Positions 14,760 through 29,657 of a stretch of DNA of 64,000 nt are shown piece after piece. Location of the stretch: NCBI GenBank assembly GCA_951406725.2, contig OX597826.1, positions 49,228,001-49,292,000 of the forward strand, written 5' to 3'. The translations under genes and the position numbers were made by a program. This stretch comes from Octopus vulgaris (Eukaryota). The notes beneath the pieces were generated by a model. The model was not told the origin of the DNA, did not search any database, and saw nothing but the letters and a program-made list of their open reading frames with translations. Position 1 is the first letter of the stretch, and every line of letters begins with the position of its first letter.

Positions 14760-15150
14760 GGCACAGGAATGGCTGTGTGGTAAAGTAGCTTGCTTACCAA
14801 CCACATGGTTCTGAGTTCAGTTCCACCACATGGTACCTTGGGCAAGTGTCTTCTACTATAGTCTCGGGCTGGCCACAGCCTTGTGAGTGGATTTGGTAGA
14901 CAGAAACTGAAAGAAGCCTGTCATATGTGTGTGTGTGTGTGTGAATGCTTGTGTGTCTGTTTGTTCCCTCACCACCACTTGACAACCAATGCTAGTGTGT
15001 TTACGTCCCCGGACTTAGCAGTTCAGCAAAAGAGACCAATAGGAAAAGTAGTAGGCTTACAATCTTTCCTGGGCCAATCTTTCGACTAAAGGCAGTGCTC
15101 CAGCATGGCCACAGTCAAATGACTGAAACAAGTAAAAGAATAAAAGAATA
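14760..15150 (+). mobile_element. tRNA-derived SINE family A, near full length with internal (TG)n
   Basis: A box tggctgtgtggtaa, B box gagttcagttcc, 3' part gctccagcatggcc..gactgaaacaagtaaaag; many paralogs in the window. Confidence 0.85.
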
Positions 15151-15214
15151 TATTGCTTATCCATGAGTGTAATCTATAGGTAGCGTTCATACACACATAC
15201 ACACACACACACAT

Positions 15215-15269
<55 letters not shown>

Positions 15270-15784
15270 CATGCGTACACACATACATACACATACATAT
15301 GCATATATAGAGAGAGGGATGAGAGGTATGAATTCATATATACATTTATGAGATGTATGTATTCATATTATATACATTTCCTGCACTTACTGGCATGTTC
15401 ATAAGTTTATACATTCACGTGTATATATATATAACAATATCCAGATGTCATCGTTTATATATACGCATAAAGCCATATATATGTAACTGTATGTTTGATT
15501 ATTCTGAAGGTGTGTTAGTGCTTGCGTGTGTGTGTGTGTCGCTGTACCCAGTGAGCAAGGCAGAGGAAGGAAGGGTGGAATAGCTAAAAAATTTAAGATT
15601 AAATTTATAATTATCTAATTTCTACTTATTAGTGTTTTCCATTTCCTGCTATTTTCTGGTTCCCCTCTTCCTCTTTGCCATTATTCTGTTACTCCTACTT
15701 AACAGTATACACACACACACACATTCACAGATATATATATACCTACTCACTCCACCCACATAAATATATGCATGTATATATATA

Positions 15785-15842
<58 letters not shown>

Positions 15843-17324
15843 TGGGGATGGGTGGATTTTTCTACTAATAAACATAGCCCCTATATCCGACACATATATT
15901 GAGCCCTCATTTGAACCATGGCATTCCAAGCACCCTCTTGGATATAATACATTTATATATATACATGCATGTATATATGGGGTGAGTGTGTAATTAGTTG
16001 AAGCCCACAGATATAGGGCCCAAGTCATTAAGGGCAGTAAAATAAAAACAAGGTAGAACCTGATCTTTACACATCTTATGACAGGGCCATAGATCTATTT
16101 AACAATGTTCACACTGTATCATTGTTTAACCCCAGGTCAGCCTAAATCAGTGCCATTCCAGCTGTGACCATCCTGTCCCACATTTTCTTTTATCCTTTAG
16201 TGGGTGGGGAGAGATCCTTAATGATTTTTCAAACCACATTAACTAATTGTGTTTTAAGATGGTAGGGGTTTTTTTTAAGGTGATTTGGCTGCTATTTCTA
16301 ATAAACTACAAATCATGTTAGTGGCTCTCATGATATATGAATGCAATGAGTACAAGTCACATTGTAACTTTAACACCTAAGTCATTTTGTTGGGTGCTCT
16401 ACCAATTCTGCTATGTTTATGATGTGGAGTCCTATATGAGTTCCTGGCCATCTCCACCACTACCCCATAAGCATCAGCAAGGTGTCCCAGAGAAATTTCG
16501 TGATGCCCACACCACCACCACCACCACCACCACCATCAACACTATTGCAGTTTACCTCATCACATCGTATCTTCTCCTACCACCAATGTTAGCTCAGCTA
16601 CTTCCACCTCTACCATTGCTCTCACTACCACCTTGATCAACATCATCATCATCACCAGCAGCTCACTTTCATCTACCACAACCACCACCACCACCATCAT
16701 AATCTTCTCCACTACAGGTAGCTCACCTTTCCCCATCATCATTACCTTATCTCATCCCACTGCCTGTACCTCACTTCCTTCCAGCATCATCATTTGCTCA
16801 CCTTCTCCCACTACCACCACTACTAGTAGCTCACCTTCTTCCACTATCATTAGGTCACCTCTTCCCTCCACCACCACCACCACCTCCACCACTGCTACAC
16901 CTCTCCCCACTCCCTTTCCTTTGCCGCCACCGTCATCACTAATGGTTCACCTCTTCATTCCATCGCCCCCCCCCCCACCACCTTCATTTACTCACCTCCT
17001 CCTGTCACCGCCAGTAGTGTCACCTCCCCCCCCCCGTAATGAAATAAGGAAAAGTAAGATAACACATCTATCACTTGGTCTTATTTTGCTGACTGTTTGC
17101 AATTATTGTCATCTTAAACCATTCTTGCAGTGGTTCCACACACACACACACACACATGTACATACATGCACACTTATCCCCCCCCTCTCTCTCAATCTAT
17201 TTATCTATATACCTAACTATCTCAGTGTGTGTGTGTGTGTTGCTGTTGCTTCACAATGTGTATCTGCAAATATGTGTGTGTTTTTGTCTATATGACTTTG
17301 TTACAATTATCATATATATATGTA

Positions 17325-17742
17325 AAGGCAATGAGTTGACAAGAATTACTGCACCAGGCAAAATCTGAGAAGCATTTTGTCAATCTTTATGTTCCAAGTT
17401 CAAATTCCACCGAGGTCGCCTTGGCTTTATCATGCTTTCAGGGTTGATAAAATAAGTACCAGTTCAATACTGGTGTCGATATAATTGACTTACTCCCTCC
17501 TCCAAACTTACTGGTCTCACACCAAAATTTGAAATCCTTGTTATGTAAGGAGACGAGCTGGTGAAATCCTTTCCACTATAGGCACAAGGCTTGGAATTTT
17601 GGAGAAGGGGATAGTCGATTGCATCGACCCCAGTATGAAACTGGTACTTAATTTATTGACCCCCCCAAAAGGATGAAAGGCAGAGTCAACCTCAGCAGAA
17701 TTTGATCTCAGAATGTTTAGCCAGACGAAATATTGCTAAGCA
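17325..17742. mobile_element. Inverted pair of SINE family B copies
   Basis: Plus copy about 17325-17537 followed by minus copy about 17565-17742. Confidence 0.8.
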
Positions 17743-17756
17743 AGATCAGCAAATCA

Positions 17757-18141
17757 GGTAGATCAGATGAGAACATCACGGCAAGAAGCAAGAAGGCTTG
17801 GCAAGCCTTCGCTATTCTTCAGCCAAATGTCTCCGGCAGATCCTCCATCTGAAGTGGTTCGACAGAGTGCCAAGCACTGACCTGTGGGAAGGGGCCAACC
17901 AGGAGCCCATACATGTTCAGATTAGACGAAGGAAATGGAGATGGATCGGACACACACTGCGGAAAGAACCCTCCAATGTGACATGACAAGCACTTGACTG
18001 GAACCCGCAGAGGAAAAGGAAGCGAGGATACCCGAAGCAGACATGGGAGCGGAGCGTTTTGGACTAGCTCAGGACAACCGGCCTGACATGGGAAGCAGCC
18101 AAGAAACATGCCAATGACTGCAAAAAGTGGAAAACAGCTGT
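17757..18141 (+). mobile_element. RTE-clade LINE 3' fragment (degenerate)
   Basis: Translates KCLRQILHLKWFDRV..QIRRRKWRWIGHTLRK..*QALDWNPQRKRKRGYPKQTW..W, characteristic of the RTE ORF C-terminus, with in-frame stops. Confidence 0.85.
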
Positions 18142-18961
18142 GTATATACATATATATATACATATATATATATACACAGGGATAGCCATAAGTCGCTTTA
18201 CCCATTTCTAATAATGATAAAGAAATGAATAAAGTGATTAATGACCATCCCGGTATATATATATATATATACAACGGGCTTCTTTCAGTTTCCATCTACC
18301 AAATCCTCTGAAAGGGCTTTGGTTAACCCAAGGCTATAATAGAAGACACTTGACCAAGATGCCACACTGTAGGACTGAACCCGGAACCATGTGGTTGGGA
18401 AGCAATATTTATATATATATATATATATATACATACATATATATGTATTGCGTGTTTGTGTGTATATGACACATTTCATTATAACTTACTAATACACTAA
18501 CATATATACACACACACACACACGCATATATATAAGTGCACACAGGTGGTAGTAAGAGTGAGGGTATGTTTTTGACAACTTGTGCACATTCATTCTTACA
18601 CACTCTCACGCATACACTCGTGTAAGCGTGTGTGTGTGTGCATGTGTTTGTGCATGTGTGTGTGTGTGTGTGTGTGGAGGCAACAGTAGGCAGTGCAAGA
18701 GGGTTGAAGGTGGGGGGGAGAGGGTTGATAACAAAAGAGACAAGACAGTAAGAGATAATGAAAGGCAATGGGTTGATGACTAAGTTGGGGATAGGGGCAG
18801 GGGTTGATGATGACAGTGTCGGTGGTGGTGGTGGTGGTGGTGGTGGTAATGACTAAGGCGGCGGTGGTTGTGGTGGTGGGACCCCTAAATGGCAGTGGGT
18901 GGTGGATGAAGGTAAAGGAAGGATAATAGGTGAGTGAGTGAGAGAGAGAGGGATGGGGATG

Positions 18962-18999
<38 letters not shown>

Positions 19000-19578
19000 G
19001 GACCAACAGAAGGTGATTAATAGTGAAAGAGAGTGGAGATTTGGAGAGGGATGATCAGGTTATTGTTGGGGTGCTGGGGGAGTTTTAAAGGGTTCTGTGG
19101 AGAGGGATATAGCCTAGAAAAAGGGAAGAGAGGGGGGGGGAAGTAAGAAGAAAGAGGAGAAAGAGAAAGGGAGGATAAAGAGATGGTTGTGGTGAGAGGA
19201 GAATAAGAGTGTGAGGTGATGCAGAATGAGGGGGAGGCGGGGTTAGAAGAGGAAGATGATGTGAAGGGTGAAAGAGAGAGAGTGACTGTTGTGTGAGTGA
19301 AGCTACTGTAGGGGAGAGAGACAGGGGGATGTGTGTGTGTGAGTACATGTGCGTGTGTGTGTATGTGTGTGTGTGTGTGTGAGGAATTTATTCTCTCATT
19401 CCAGAAAATTCCATTAGATCAGAACTTCTTGCTTATGACTCAACGATCAGCAAATATCTCATACAGAGAGAGTGAGAGCTGGAGAGAGAGAGAGAGGAGA
19501 GGGAGAGAGTGGAGAGGGAGGGAGTAAAGAGAGAGAGAGAGAGAGAGAGAGAGAAGGATGATGGTGAACACGACAGGG

Positions 19579-19629
<51 letters not shown>

Positions 19630-19797
19630 GGAAGAAGTGATTGGAGAGGGTGAAAGGAAAGAAATGAATATAAAGGTGCATGTGTGTGTGAGTGTGTGTG
19701 TGTGTGTGTATGTATGTGTTTGTGGGCTTTGGATAAGTAGCGGGGATGGGGGGGGACAGGGAGATAGGTAGAGAGCTATAAGCTGAAGAGGGGCCCC

Positions 19798-19829
<32 letters not shown>

Positions 19830-20134
19830 AAGAGAGAGATGAAATAAGTAGGGTGGTGGTGTTGGTTGTGATGGTGGCAGCGGTGAGGAAAACAAAAGGA
19901 TTTTCTGGAAGCTGAAGTGATGGAGTGTTTAGAAGTTGTCATTGTGTTGTTGTGTGATGGGACGGAGCAGCGAGGAATTTGTGGGAAGAAGAAGAATGGG
20001 GAGGGAGGGAGGAGCGGGCATGGGGGTTGGTTGGTGGGGGGACACGATGATGGATTTGGGATCGTGATGACTATGTATGTGTGTGTGTGTATGTGTGTGT
20101 GTGTGTGTGCGAAAGGGGGAATATGAACGAGACA

Positions 20135-20166
<32 letters not shown>

Positions 20167-20324
20167 CAATGGGTTGATTAGTGGTAGCGACAATAGTGCT
20201 GCTGCTGATGATGATGATGGTAGTGGTGGTGGTGGTGGTGGTGGTGGTGGTGGTGCTGTTGAATGGATTCCAATGGGGAGGGAAAAAAGCAGCATACAAC
20301 AAACAGACAGGTCTATAACAAAAA

Positions 20325-20445
20325 GCAGCCGGGCCGGGCCGGGCCGGGCTGGGCCGGTGTTGGACGACGACTGGCTTTATATACCGGAAGCGAAGCTCCA
20401 GACGGACAAGGACCGGGAAGTAGGAAGTGCAGTCACTGGGAAGTG
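20325..20445 (-). promoter_or_regulatory. Candidate minus-strand core promoter (TATA + ETS-like sites + (CCGGG)n)
   Basis: Minus strand TATATAAAG at about 20375-20383; CCGGAAG, GGGAAGT, AGGAAGT, GGGAAGT on its upstream side (20384-20443); GC-rich pentamer repeat about 30 bp downstream; coincides with the CpG-decay boundary. Confidence 0.45.
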
Positions 20446-20460
20446 TAGGAGAAAAACTCA

Positions 20461-21183
<723 letters not shown>

Positions 21184-21259
21184 GGGTCGTGATAAAGTTG
21201 TAGGCTAGGAGACACAAACTGAGTATAGCAGAGATTTTTTTTCATGGGACATCAAAGGC

Positions 21260-21312
<53 letters not shown>

Positions 21313-21592
21313 GGTGGTGGTGGTTGCTCTTTATAGAGAAACACGGAGCAGTTAGCCTTTGACTCGTAATTCGTAACTGACCGAAGCTTATCTGTCTATA
21401 TCTATTTATTTATCTATGTATATATATATACTAGAATGGGAGCAAGCGCTAATCCGAATGATATGATATATATGTAAAAAATGTAATATATAAATAAATA
21501 TCTACAAATATGAACCATCTGATCTGATTACCTCAATTTTTCTAATATATATATATATACACACACACATATATCTACCAGTCTCCCAGTGG

Positions 21593-21624
<32 letters not shown>

Positions 21625-21830
21625 TCTCTTTTATTCTTTTACTTGTTTCAGTCATTTGACTGCGGCCATGCTGGAGCACCGCCTTTAATCGAGCAACTCG
21701 ACCCCGGGACTTATTCTTTTGTAAGCCCAGTACTTATTCTATCGGTCTCTTTTTGCCGAACCGCTGAGTAACGGGGACACCAACATCGGTTGTCAAACAA
21801 TGCTAGGGACACACACACAGACACACAAAG

Positions 21831-21896
<66 letters not shown>

Positions 21897-21970
21897 TTAT
21901 ATACGACGGGCTTCTTTCAGTTTCCGTCTACCAAATCCACTCACAAGGCTTTGGTCGGCCCGAGGCTATT
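21625..21970 (-). mobile_element. SINE family A, 5'-truncated
   Basis: Reverse complement of the family A body and tail; CpGs intact. Confidence 0.85.
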
Positions 21971-22293
21971 GTTTTATAAATATTGCTAACCCAGTACTGC
22001 TGTCGGAAAAGTTTAATGAAGTTCCACGTCTCTTGCCGTCATTTATAAAGCAATCTGTTGGGACAGACCTGGCTGACTGTATCGATCGGAATAGGCCTAG
22101 TGATTATGTAACTGAACGCCTTTCGCCTGCTTGTGTGTATATATAGGGTAGCGTATGTGTAGCATATTGCAGTATGTATATATTATATCAACGCAGGGTT
22201 TTCTGCGTGTATACATGCATGCATTCACGTATATTGTATATATATTTAAATGAGTGCAGTGTACATATTGTGTTGTCTGTAGTTTAGTGTGTG

Positions 22294-22383
<90 letters not shown>

Positions 22384-22423
22384 TGTATGTATGTATGTAT
22401 GTATATATGTGTATGTATGTATG

Positions 22424-22457
<34 letters not shown>

Positions 22458-22544
22458 TGTATGTATGCATTGCTGTAGGTATACTGTATGTGTGCAGTGT
22501 TATGTGTGTATAATGTTGCATATATATGAGTTACCATTTATTGG

Positions 22545-22940
22545 GTGAAAAATAGTTGTGTGGTTAAAGAGTGCGTTTTGCAACCAAGCGTTTCCGCGTT
22601 CGCTTCCAACGTGCGACAAATTCGGCGACTATTCTTATACTCTAGCAACATGTTATAGATTGACTAATGCCCTACGGATGGAATTTGGTTGATGAAAACT
22701 GATGAAGAAATCTATATTGTGGGTACGTGTGTGTGTGTCTAAATTAGTCTTTAAGAAAACAACTGCTGCTGTAGGTGTGGATGTTATGTCCTGTGACCGA
22801 GCGGTTCGACAAATAGATATCGATAAATTTAATACCGGACTGAAAATCTGTACTGTCGTCCATGTTATCGGCTAAACCTTTGGAGGCGGTGCTCCAGCAT
22901 GGCTGTAGACTAATAACTGGTTCTAACAAAAGGAATAAAA
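22545..22940 (+). mobile_element. SINE family A, diverged
   Basis: Recognisable head and ggcggtgctccagcatggc tail. Confidence 0.7.
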
Positions 22941-23625
22941 GTGGTTTCTGTTAATGCTAAAATATCGTTTTTTTTTTTTTGTTTCTTAAGTGTTACCAAA
23001 AGTTCTACATGGCTCCCTGCTGCCTTCTCTCCTCGGTAGACGTGTACACACGCAATAAGAAGGGAAAGGCGTTGACACACAGACACACAAACACACACAC
23101 GTATGTATACAAAACACAGCACACGCACAGGTACATATACAAAACAACACACACACACGGACAATAATTATTATAACGCACCTGAGCACCGTATATACAA
23201 TAAGCTCATATTAACACTATTAATATTCACACGTGTAATTGCACGCGCGCGCCCGCACTCTCTCACACACACACACACATATACACTCACTCAACACGCA
23301 CAGGTGCGCGCACAAACGCATGTTGTAATAATCAGGCAAAGTTCTCTTTAAAGAAAAAAATTCTTCACAATAGGTTAGCACCTAATTCACCCAGTCGCAC
23401 ACGCGTACACACAAACACACACACACACTCACTGACATGCTTACACGCACACACACACACGCGCGCGCATGCATACACTTTTAAGTACATACATCTCCAC
23501 ACGCATTTCCAGCTTTTCTGCGATAGCTTCTTCCGTTGTTATTCTATTCACATTTTGGAGGCATAATAGAAATGTGCATCGGTCCGCAGTATTTTACTGG
23601 TACTTAATTTTATTGTAATACTAAT

Positions 23626-24023
23626 GTGAAAGATGACGTTCTGAGTTCAAAACTGGACTGAGGTCGTCTTTGCGTTTCACTCTTTCGAGAAGTGAAGTGA
23701 AAGATGGTGTTCTGAGTTCGAAACTGGGCTGAGGTCATCTTTACGTTTCACTCTTTCGAGGTCGATAAAACAAGTACTAGTGAAGTGAAAGATGGTGTTC
23801 TGAGTTCAAAACTGGGCTGAGGTCATCTTTGCGTTTCACTCTTTCGAGGCCGATAAAATAAGTACAAGTGAAGTGAAAGATGACGTTCTGAGTTCAAAAC
23901 TGGGCTGAGGTCACCTTCGCGTTTCACTCTTTCGAGGACGATAAAATAAGTACAAGTGAAGTGAAAGATGGTGTTCTGAGTTCGAAACTGGACTGAGGTC
24001 ATCTTTGCAAGTACAAGTGAAGT
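23626..24023 (+). repeat. SINE-derived minisatellite, 88-bp period, 5 partial/complete units
   Basis: gtgaaagatg recurs at 23626, 23697, 23785, 23873 and 23961; unit consists of the family B B-box and core. Confidence 0.9.
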
Positions 24024-24498
24024 AATGAGGTCGATGCAAACGGCAAACCCTCTCTCTCTAAAATTGCTGACTTTGTTTCAAAGTTTGAAGCCATAAAGCA
24101 ACGAGCTTGCAGAATCGTGAGTGCGTCGCACAAAATGCTTAACAGCACTTTTTCTGTCACTTTACACCCTGCGTTCAAATTTCGTAGACTTTGACTTTAC
24201 CGATCGTCCTTTCGATGTCTTCTTGTGCCAAATGTTGAAACAGTTATAATTAATAAGGTCGGCGAGCTTGGCGGATCCGTTAGCACGCCGGACAAAATGC
24301 TTCTCCTCTGCATTTCTTCCGGATTTTTACATTCTGAATTCAAATAATCGGCCGAGATCGACTTTGCCTTTCGTCCTTTCGAGATCGATAAATTAAGTAC
24401 CAGTGAAACACTGGGGGGTCGATGTAATAATCAACTAGTTCCCTCCTCGCAAATTTGAGGCCTTGTGCTTTTAGTACAAAGAATTATTATCATCACCA

Positions 24499-24539
<41 letters not shown>

Positions 24540-25532
24540 GCATTTCTAGTTAAGCACTCAATAATGACAGTATCCTGTGACACAGCTCAACTCACATAGA
24601 AGGAAAGATACGTACAGGTTAGGTGTGGGGAACACAATCGATAGACGGGGTCTTTTTCCTTCACATATTTTCCGCCAATACGGAGAAGAAGAAAAAAAGT
24701 AAAGAAAAGGAAGAAAAAAATAAACGAAAAAGCAAAAAAAAAAAATATAACAATAATAAATACTCGCAAAAAAAATAATAAATATATATAAATAATTAAT
24801 AATCTATAAACGTTATTTTTTTCTTTTTCGCAAATATCTGCTCAATGGATTGTCAGTTTTTTTTTTTACGTTTTATTTCATATTATTATATTATATTCCT
24901 TCTCAATTTTCTAATTGCAACAAATTTCATTTTCTTTTCACAAAACAACAACAACAATACAACCAACAATAACATCATCATCATTAGCAACAATGGCAAC
25001 AGCAAATAGCAACATCAATTAAAGCTAAAGTTTCCAACGTTTAAAATCGTCCCCTTCCGATTACCGTCGCCAAAGGGTAAGCGAGCTGGCGGCATCGTTA
25101 GCATGCCGGGCGCAATAGCGCTTTTAGCGGCATTTCGTCCGTCCTTACGTTCCGATTTCTAAGTCTGCCCCTGCCGTGGCCGATTTTGCATTTCATTTTT
25201 TCGCGGGGGTCGATAAAATAAGCACCAGCTGAACACTGGGATTGATGTAAAGGACCCAAAATTTCAGACCTTGTGCCTATAGTAGAAAGAATTATCATCA
25301 TGTCGCTGGTGTTGTTGTTGTTGTTGTTAGTGGTAATGATGCGATTACTTATCCCAGATCAACCTGGATCCAGTTAGACCTGTGGCCAAAGACATTTTAG
25401 TCCTGTCTAAAAGATTAGTTTAGCTAAAATTTAAGTTATTCATTATATTTGTATGTGTGTATGGGGGGGGGGGGGGGGTTCAAATGTCTAGATGCGTGTA
25501 TATGTATATATACATATATATATGTATACATG

Positions 25533-25697
25533 CACTAGTGTAGCTGGGGCGCAGTAGGGGCAATCTTCCCTGGGCGGCACTCTTAAAGGGGCGCCACTTT
25601 AGGTCTGCTGTGGGAATTACGTGTTTTTTTTTGTGGGGTCCAGGGACGGCAAACGGAAGGGCGGCCCCAGGCGGCACGCATTCTAGCTACGCTAGTG
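25533..25697. mobile_element. hAT-like MITE
   Basis: TIRs CACTAGTGTAGCT / AGCTACGCTAGTG; imperfect 8-bp TSD tatacatg / cacacatg; GC-rich body in AT-rich context. Confidence 0.7.
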
Positions 25698-26274
25698 CAC
25701 ACATGTATATACACATGTATGTATCTATACATACACACACACATATGTATTTATATATGAACTTATGTGTATACAGAGGTATTTAACTGTTCCTTTTAAA
25801 GACAGTAAGTTCGAAGTGATTCCAGGTAGAATTTCTGTGCTAACTTTGTCCGGTCGAGCGGGCGGTATGTAAATTCCATCGTTGGCCCGTCTACCAACAT
25901 TGATACTGTTTTTGATGATGATGATGATGATGATTCAGCAGTGTTTTGTTTTTAAACCATCCACTGCCGTGTAGAGATTTTATTTACCAATATTCTTTCT
26001 TTATGGAATTTCCTCCGTTGTTAAGTTCGCAACATTTCGCAAACAAAACAAAAAAAAAGGTAGAAATTTCAAAATAAAGCAGCACACACACACACACATA
26101 CAAAATGCAACGCAAAGAATTAATGAGAGAGGTGACACCAGTTTAACACCTGTGATTGACATTTTAAATATCGAAGATAATCGAACGCAGATTACAGATT
26201 TGTGTGTGAATGGATGCGTGGATGCGTGATGCGTATACATTCATGCACACACAAACATACATACATGTGTATGC

Positions 26275-26319
<45 letters not shown>

Positions 26320-26668
26320 GTGTCTGTGTATATATATATATATATGTATGTCTGCATGTGTGTATATATATATATGCGCAAATATGTATATGTGTGTTTG
26401 TATGTATGTGTACATGTGCGTGTGTGTATGTATGTATGTATGTATGTCAGCTTACGTTATGCGTTCGAATCCCGCCCATGTCCAGTCTTCCTTTCATCTT
26501 TCCCAGATCGATAACCATAAGTAGCGGTGCCATATCGGTGACCGGCATTTCTACGGAATGTTGCCCCTCCCCTCCGAACTTGGCATAAATATGCATGTAT
26601 ACATACACACACACACACACATCTATACACGTTACCCCAACACAGCATAGATACGCACACAAACACAC

Positions 26669-26710
<42 letters not shown>

Positions 26711-26939
26711 TGCAAATGAAGAAGTGTAAGGAGGAGGAGGAGGAGGAGTTAGATAACTGAGATAGCAAAGTCCGTATGCGACCTATCGACCCAGTTTCGA
26801 TTCTATGTTGTGACTCAAAGATGCGTCCCGTTACATCTACCCTTTTTCCCCTCACCCTCACAATCAATAAGAGAAAATCAAAGAAGACAAACAAATCAGG
26901 TGTTTTTATTACTTTTTATTACTTATTTATATATATGTA

Positions 26940-26980
<41 letters not shown>

Positions 26981-27131
26981 TTATATATATTTGTATATAT
27001 GCATATATATACATATGTATGTATATATGTGTATATATATATGTATATATACATATATATATAAACATATATATATTTATATATATATATATAAACATAC
27101 ATATATTTATATATATATATAAACATACATA

Positions 27132-27180
<49 letters not shown>

Positions 27181-27219
27181 GCATATATATACATAGGTAT
27201 GTATATATGTGTATATATG

Positions 27220-27251
<32 letters not shown>

Positions 27252-27376
27252 TATATAAACATATATATATTTATATATGTGTGTATCTATGCGTGGTTAG
27301 GCAGATAGATAGATAGATAGATAGATAGATACATATGTGTGTATATGTACATAAACATTTATATGTAGGAATACAG

Positions 27377-27428
<52 letters not shown>

Positions 27429-27578
27429 CTATATATACACACACAGAAATGCGTATATATATATGAACACGCGTACATTTGCAGGTTATATATATATGTA
27501 TATATATATTGGCACGCATACCAAAACACCGTTTGTGTGTTTGTATGGAGAGAGAGAGAGAGAGAAAAGAGAGATAAA

Positions 27579-27610
<32 letters not shown>

Positions 27611-29625
27611 TACAACACCAATTGGAACATAATAGCAATGAAATGAAATGCAATAAGGATCCACTGCTTATGTGTCACATCTTAATTATTTCTGCTATTG
27701 AAGAACAATAATCGCTGAGGGAAGATTCCTCGCTCTAGAAGAGTGTCCGGCTCGAATTCCGAAAGGGGGGAAAAAATGCACGCACACACACACACGCGCA
27801 CAGACAGGCACACAGGCATACACATACGCACGCACGTACGTACGTATGCATGCAAACACGCGCACGCACGTATACACACACATGTATTTACAAGCAAAAT
27901 ACGCACACTCGGCGACACGCAGACACTTAGGAAAATTATTGATTGTAATCGAAGAAAGGCGATGGAGGCAGCGGCGACAATAGATACGGGGACGGCGGTG
28001 ACGGTGGTGGCGACGGTGGTGTTGGTGGTGGTGACGGTGGTGGTGGTGGTGTCTATTGGAAAACCGATACGAACCAGACCAGAATCCCATCGGCATCTTC
28101 TTTTCTTTTCTTCTCTTCTCTTTCCGCTTCTACCGTCGCCGCTGTCGCCGTCGCCCTCGCCTGCCTCTTTGCAAAAACGCAACACAGACACACACACACA
28201 CACACACACTCGCTCGCTTGATGAAGTCACTCCCTCGCACACTCTGATACATCACCACCGTTGAATCACACATGTAACTTTATAGAAGGAGCGGGAGGAA
28301 AAGAGAGAAAAAAAAAGAGGAAAGACAGAGAGAGAGAGCGGGGGAGGGAGAGAGGAAGGAAGAAAGAGGGAGGGAGATACAGAGAGGTAGAAGGAAACAA
28401 GGGGAAGAGAGTTAGAGAGACAGAAAGGAAAAGGAAAGGGGACGGTGAAGCGAGAGAGAGACAGACAGACAGAAAGGAAAAGGAAAGGGGATGGTGAAGT
28501 CAGAGAGAGAGAGAGATAGTCACAAATTCTTTCACACACACACGCACGTACACACACACACATATATACATACACACACACGCGAACGCACAACACGCGC
28601 GCACGCACGTACCAGCTCATATTCAACCGTATTATACTTGTTATGGCGGTGATGACGATGCTGCTGATGATGACGGTGGGAGGGGAAGAGGAGGTGAGGG
28701 AGGGGAAGGCGAAGGAATGGTAGTGGGTGGGTTGAGGTGGGGCGGGTGAGTGAGGGGGAACGACGTATCACAATGTGAAAAAAAAAGAGAGAGAGAGAGA
28801 AAGAGAGAAAGAGAAAGGGAGGAAAATAAAGAGAAAGGAAAAGATGCAACAAACAATTAGACGAGCGATATAGCCAGCAACAGCAGCAGTGGCCACGGCA
28901 GCGACAGCGGCAATAGTAGTAGTAGTAGTAGTGATAGTGGTAGTGGTAGTAGTAGTAGTAGTAGTGACATCAACAATAACAAGCTTAGAACAAGGAGCGA
29001 TAATATTTTTGGGGATTTCCCTCTGTCGAGGTTCTTGTATTACTTTTTGGGGCCTTTTCAAGAATAAAAAAAAACAAAAACAAAACGCGAAATCAAAAAA
29101 GGAATACACGGAATAACCAAAAACAAAAACACAAAAAAAAGAACAAACCAAAAATTCATAATTGAAAAAAAATAAATTTAAAAAGAAACGAATAAAGTTG
29201 GGTTTTTTTCACAAAAAAAAATAAATATATGTTACTAAAGCTATTATTATTACTAAGAAACGGAGGGGAAAAAAAAGAAAAGATTTTCTCATACAAAATA
29301 CCCCGAAATATGTAAATTTGAAAAGGAGAGGAATTGTGTGTTATAATTGCAAAGTTATATCTTGTTTCCCTTGTTGAAGAATCTCCCGGCATCCCGTTGG
29401 AAGGGAGCTGCTGGGATTTCAGAAGATGCCGCATCATGTTAATGACAGCACTTGTGTCAGAAGTGCAAAATATCTGGATGCCATCGTCGCGAAATAACGG
29501 TGCCTTTTTTTACCAAACCAAGCCAAGCCAAACTGCTATTTTTTGTAAAAAAGGAAAATATATATATATATATATACACACATATATATTATATATCCTA
29601 AAACGGAACGGAGGAAGACGTATAC

Positions 29626-29657
<32 letters not shown>

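Noticed and set aside
14770-14845. tRNA-like A/B box sequences here and in other SINE heads
   Set aside because: They continue into SINE bodies and do not form complete cloverleaves.
16633-17295. 220-aa Pro/Thr/Ser-rich ORF
   Set aside because: Degenerate (CAC/CAT)n low-complexity sequence without splice or domain support.
23626-24023. CRISPR-like periodic array
   Set aside because: Units are similar along their whole length with no unique spacers, derive from a SINE, and there are no cas genes in this eukaryotic context.
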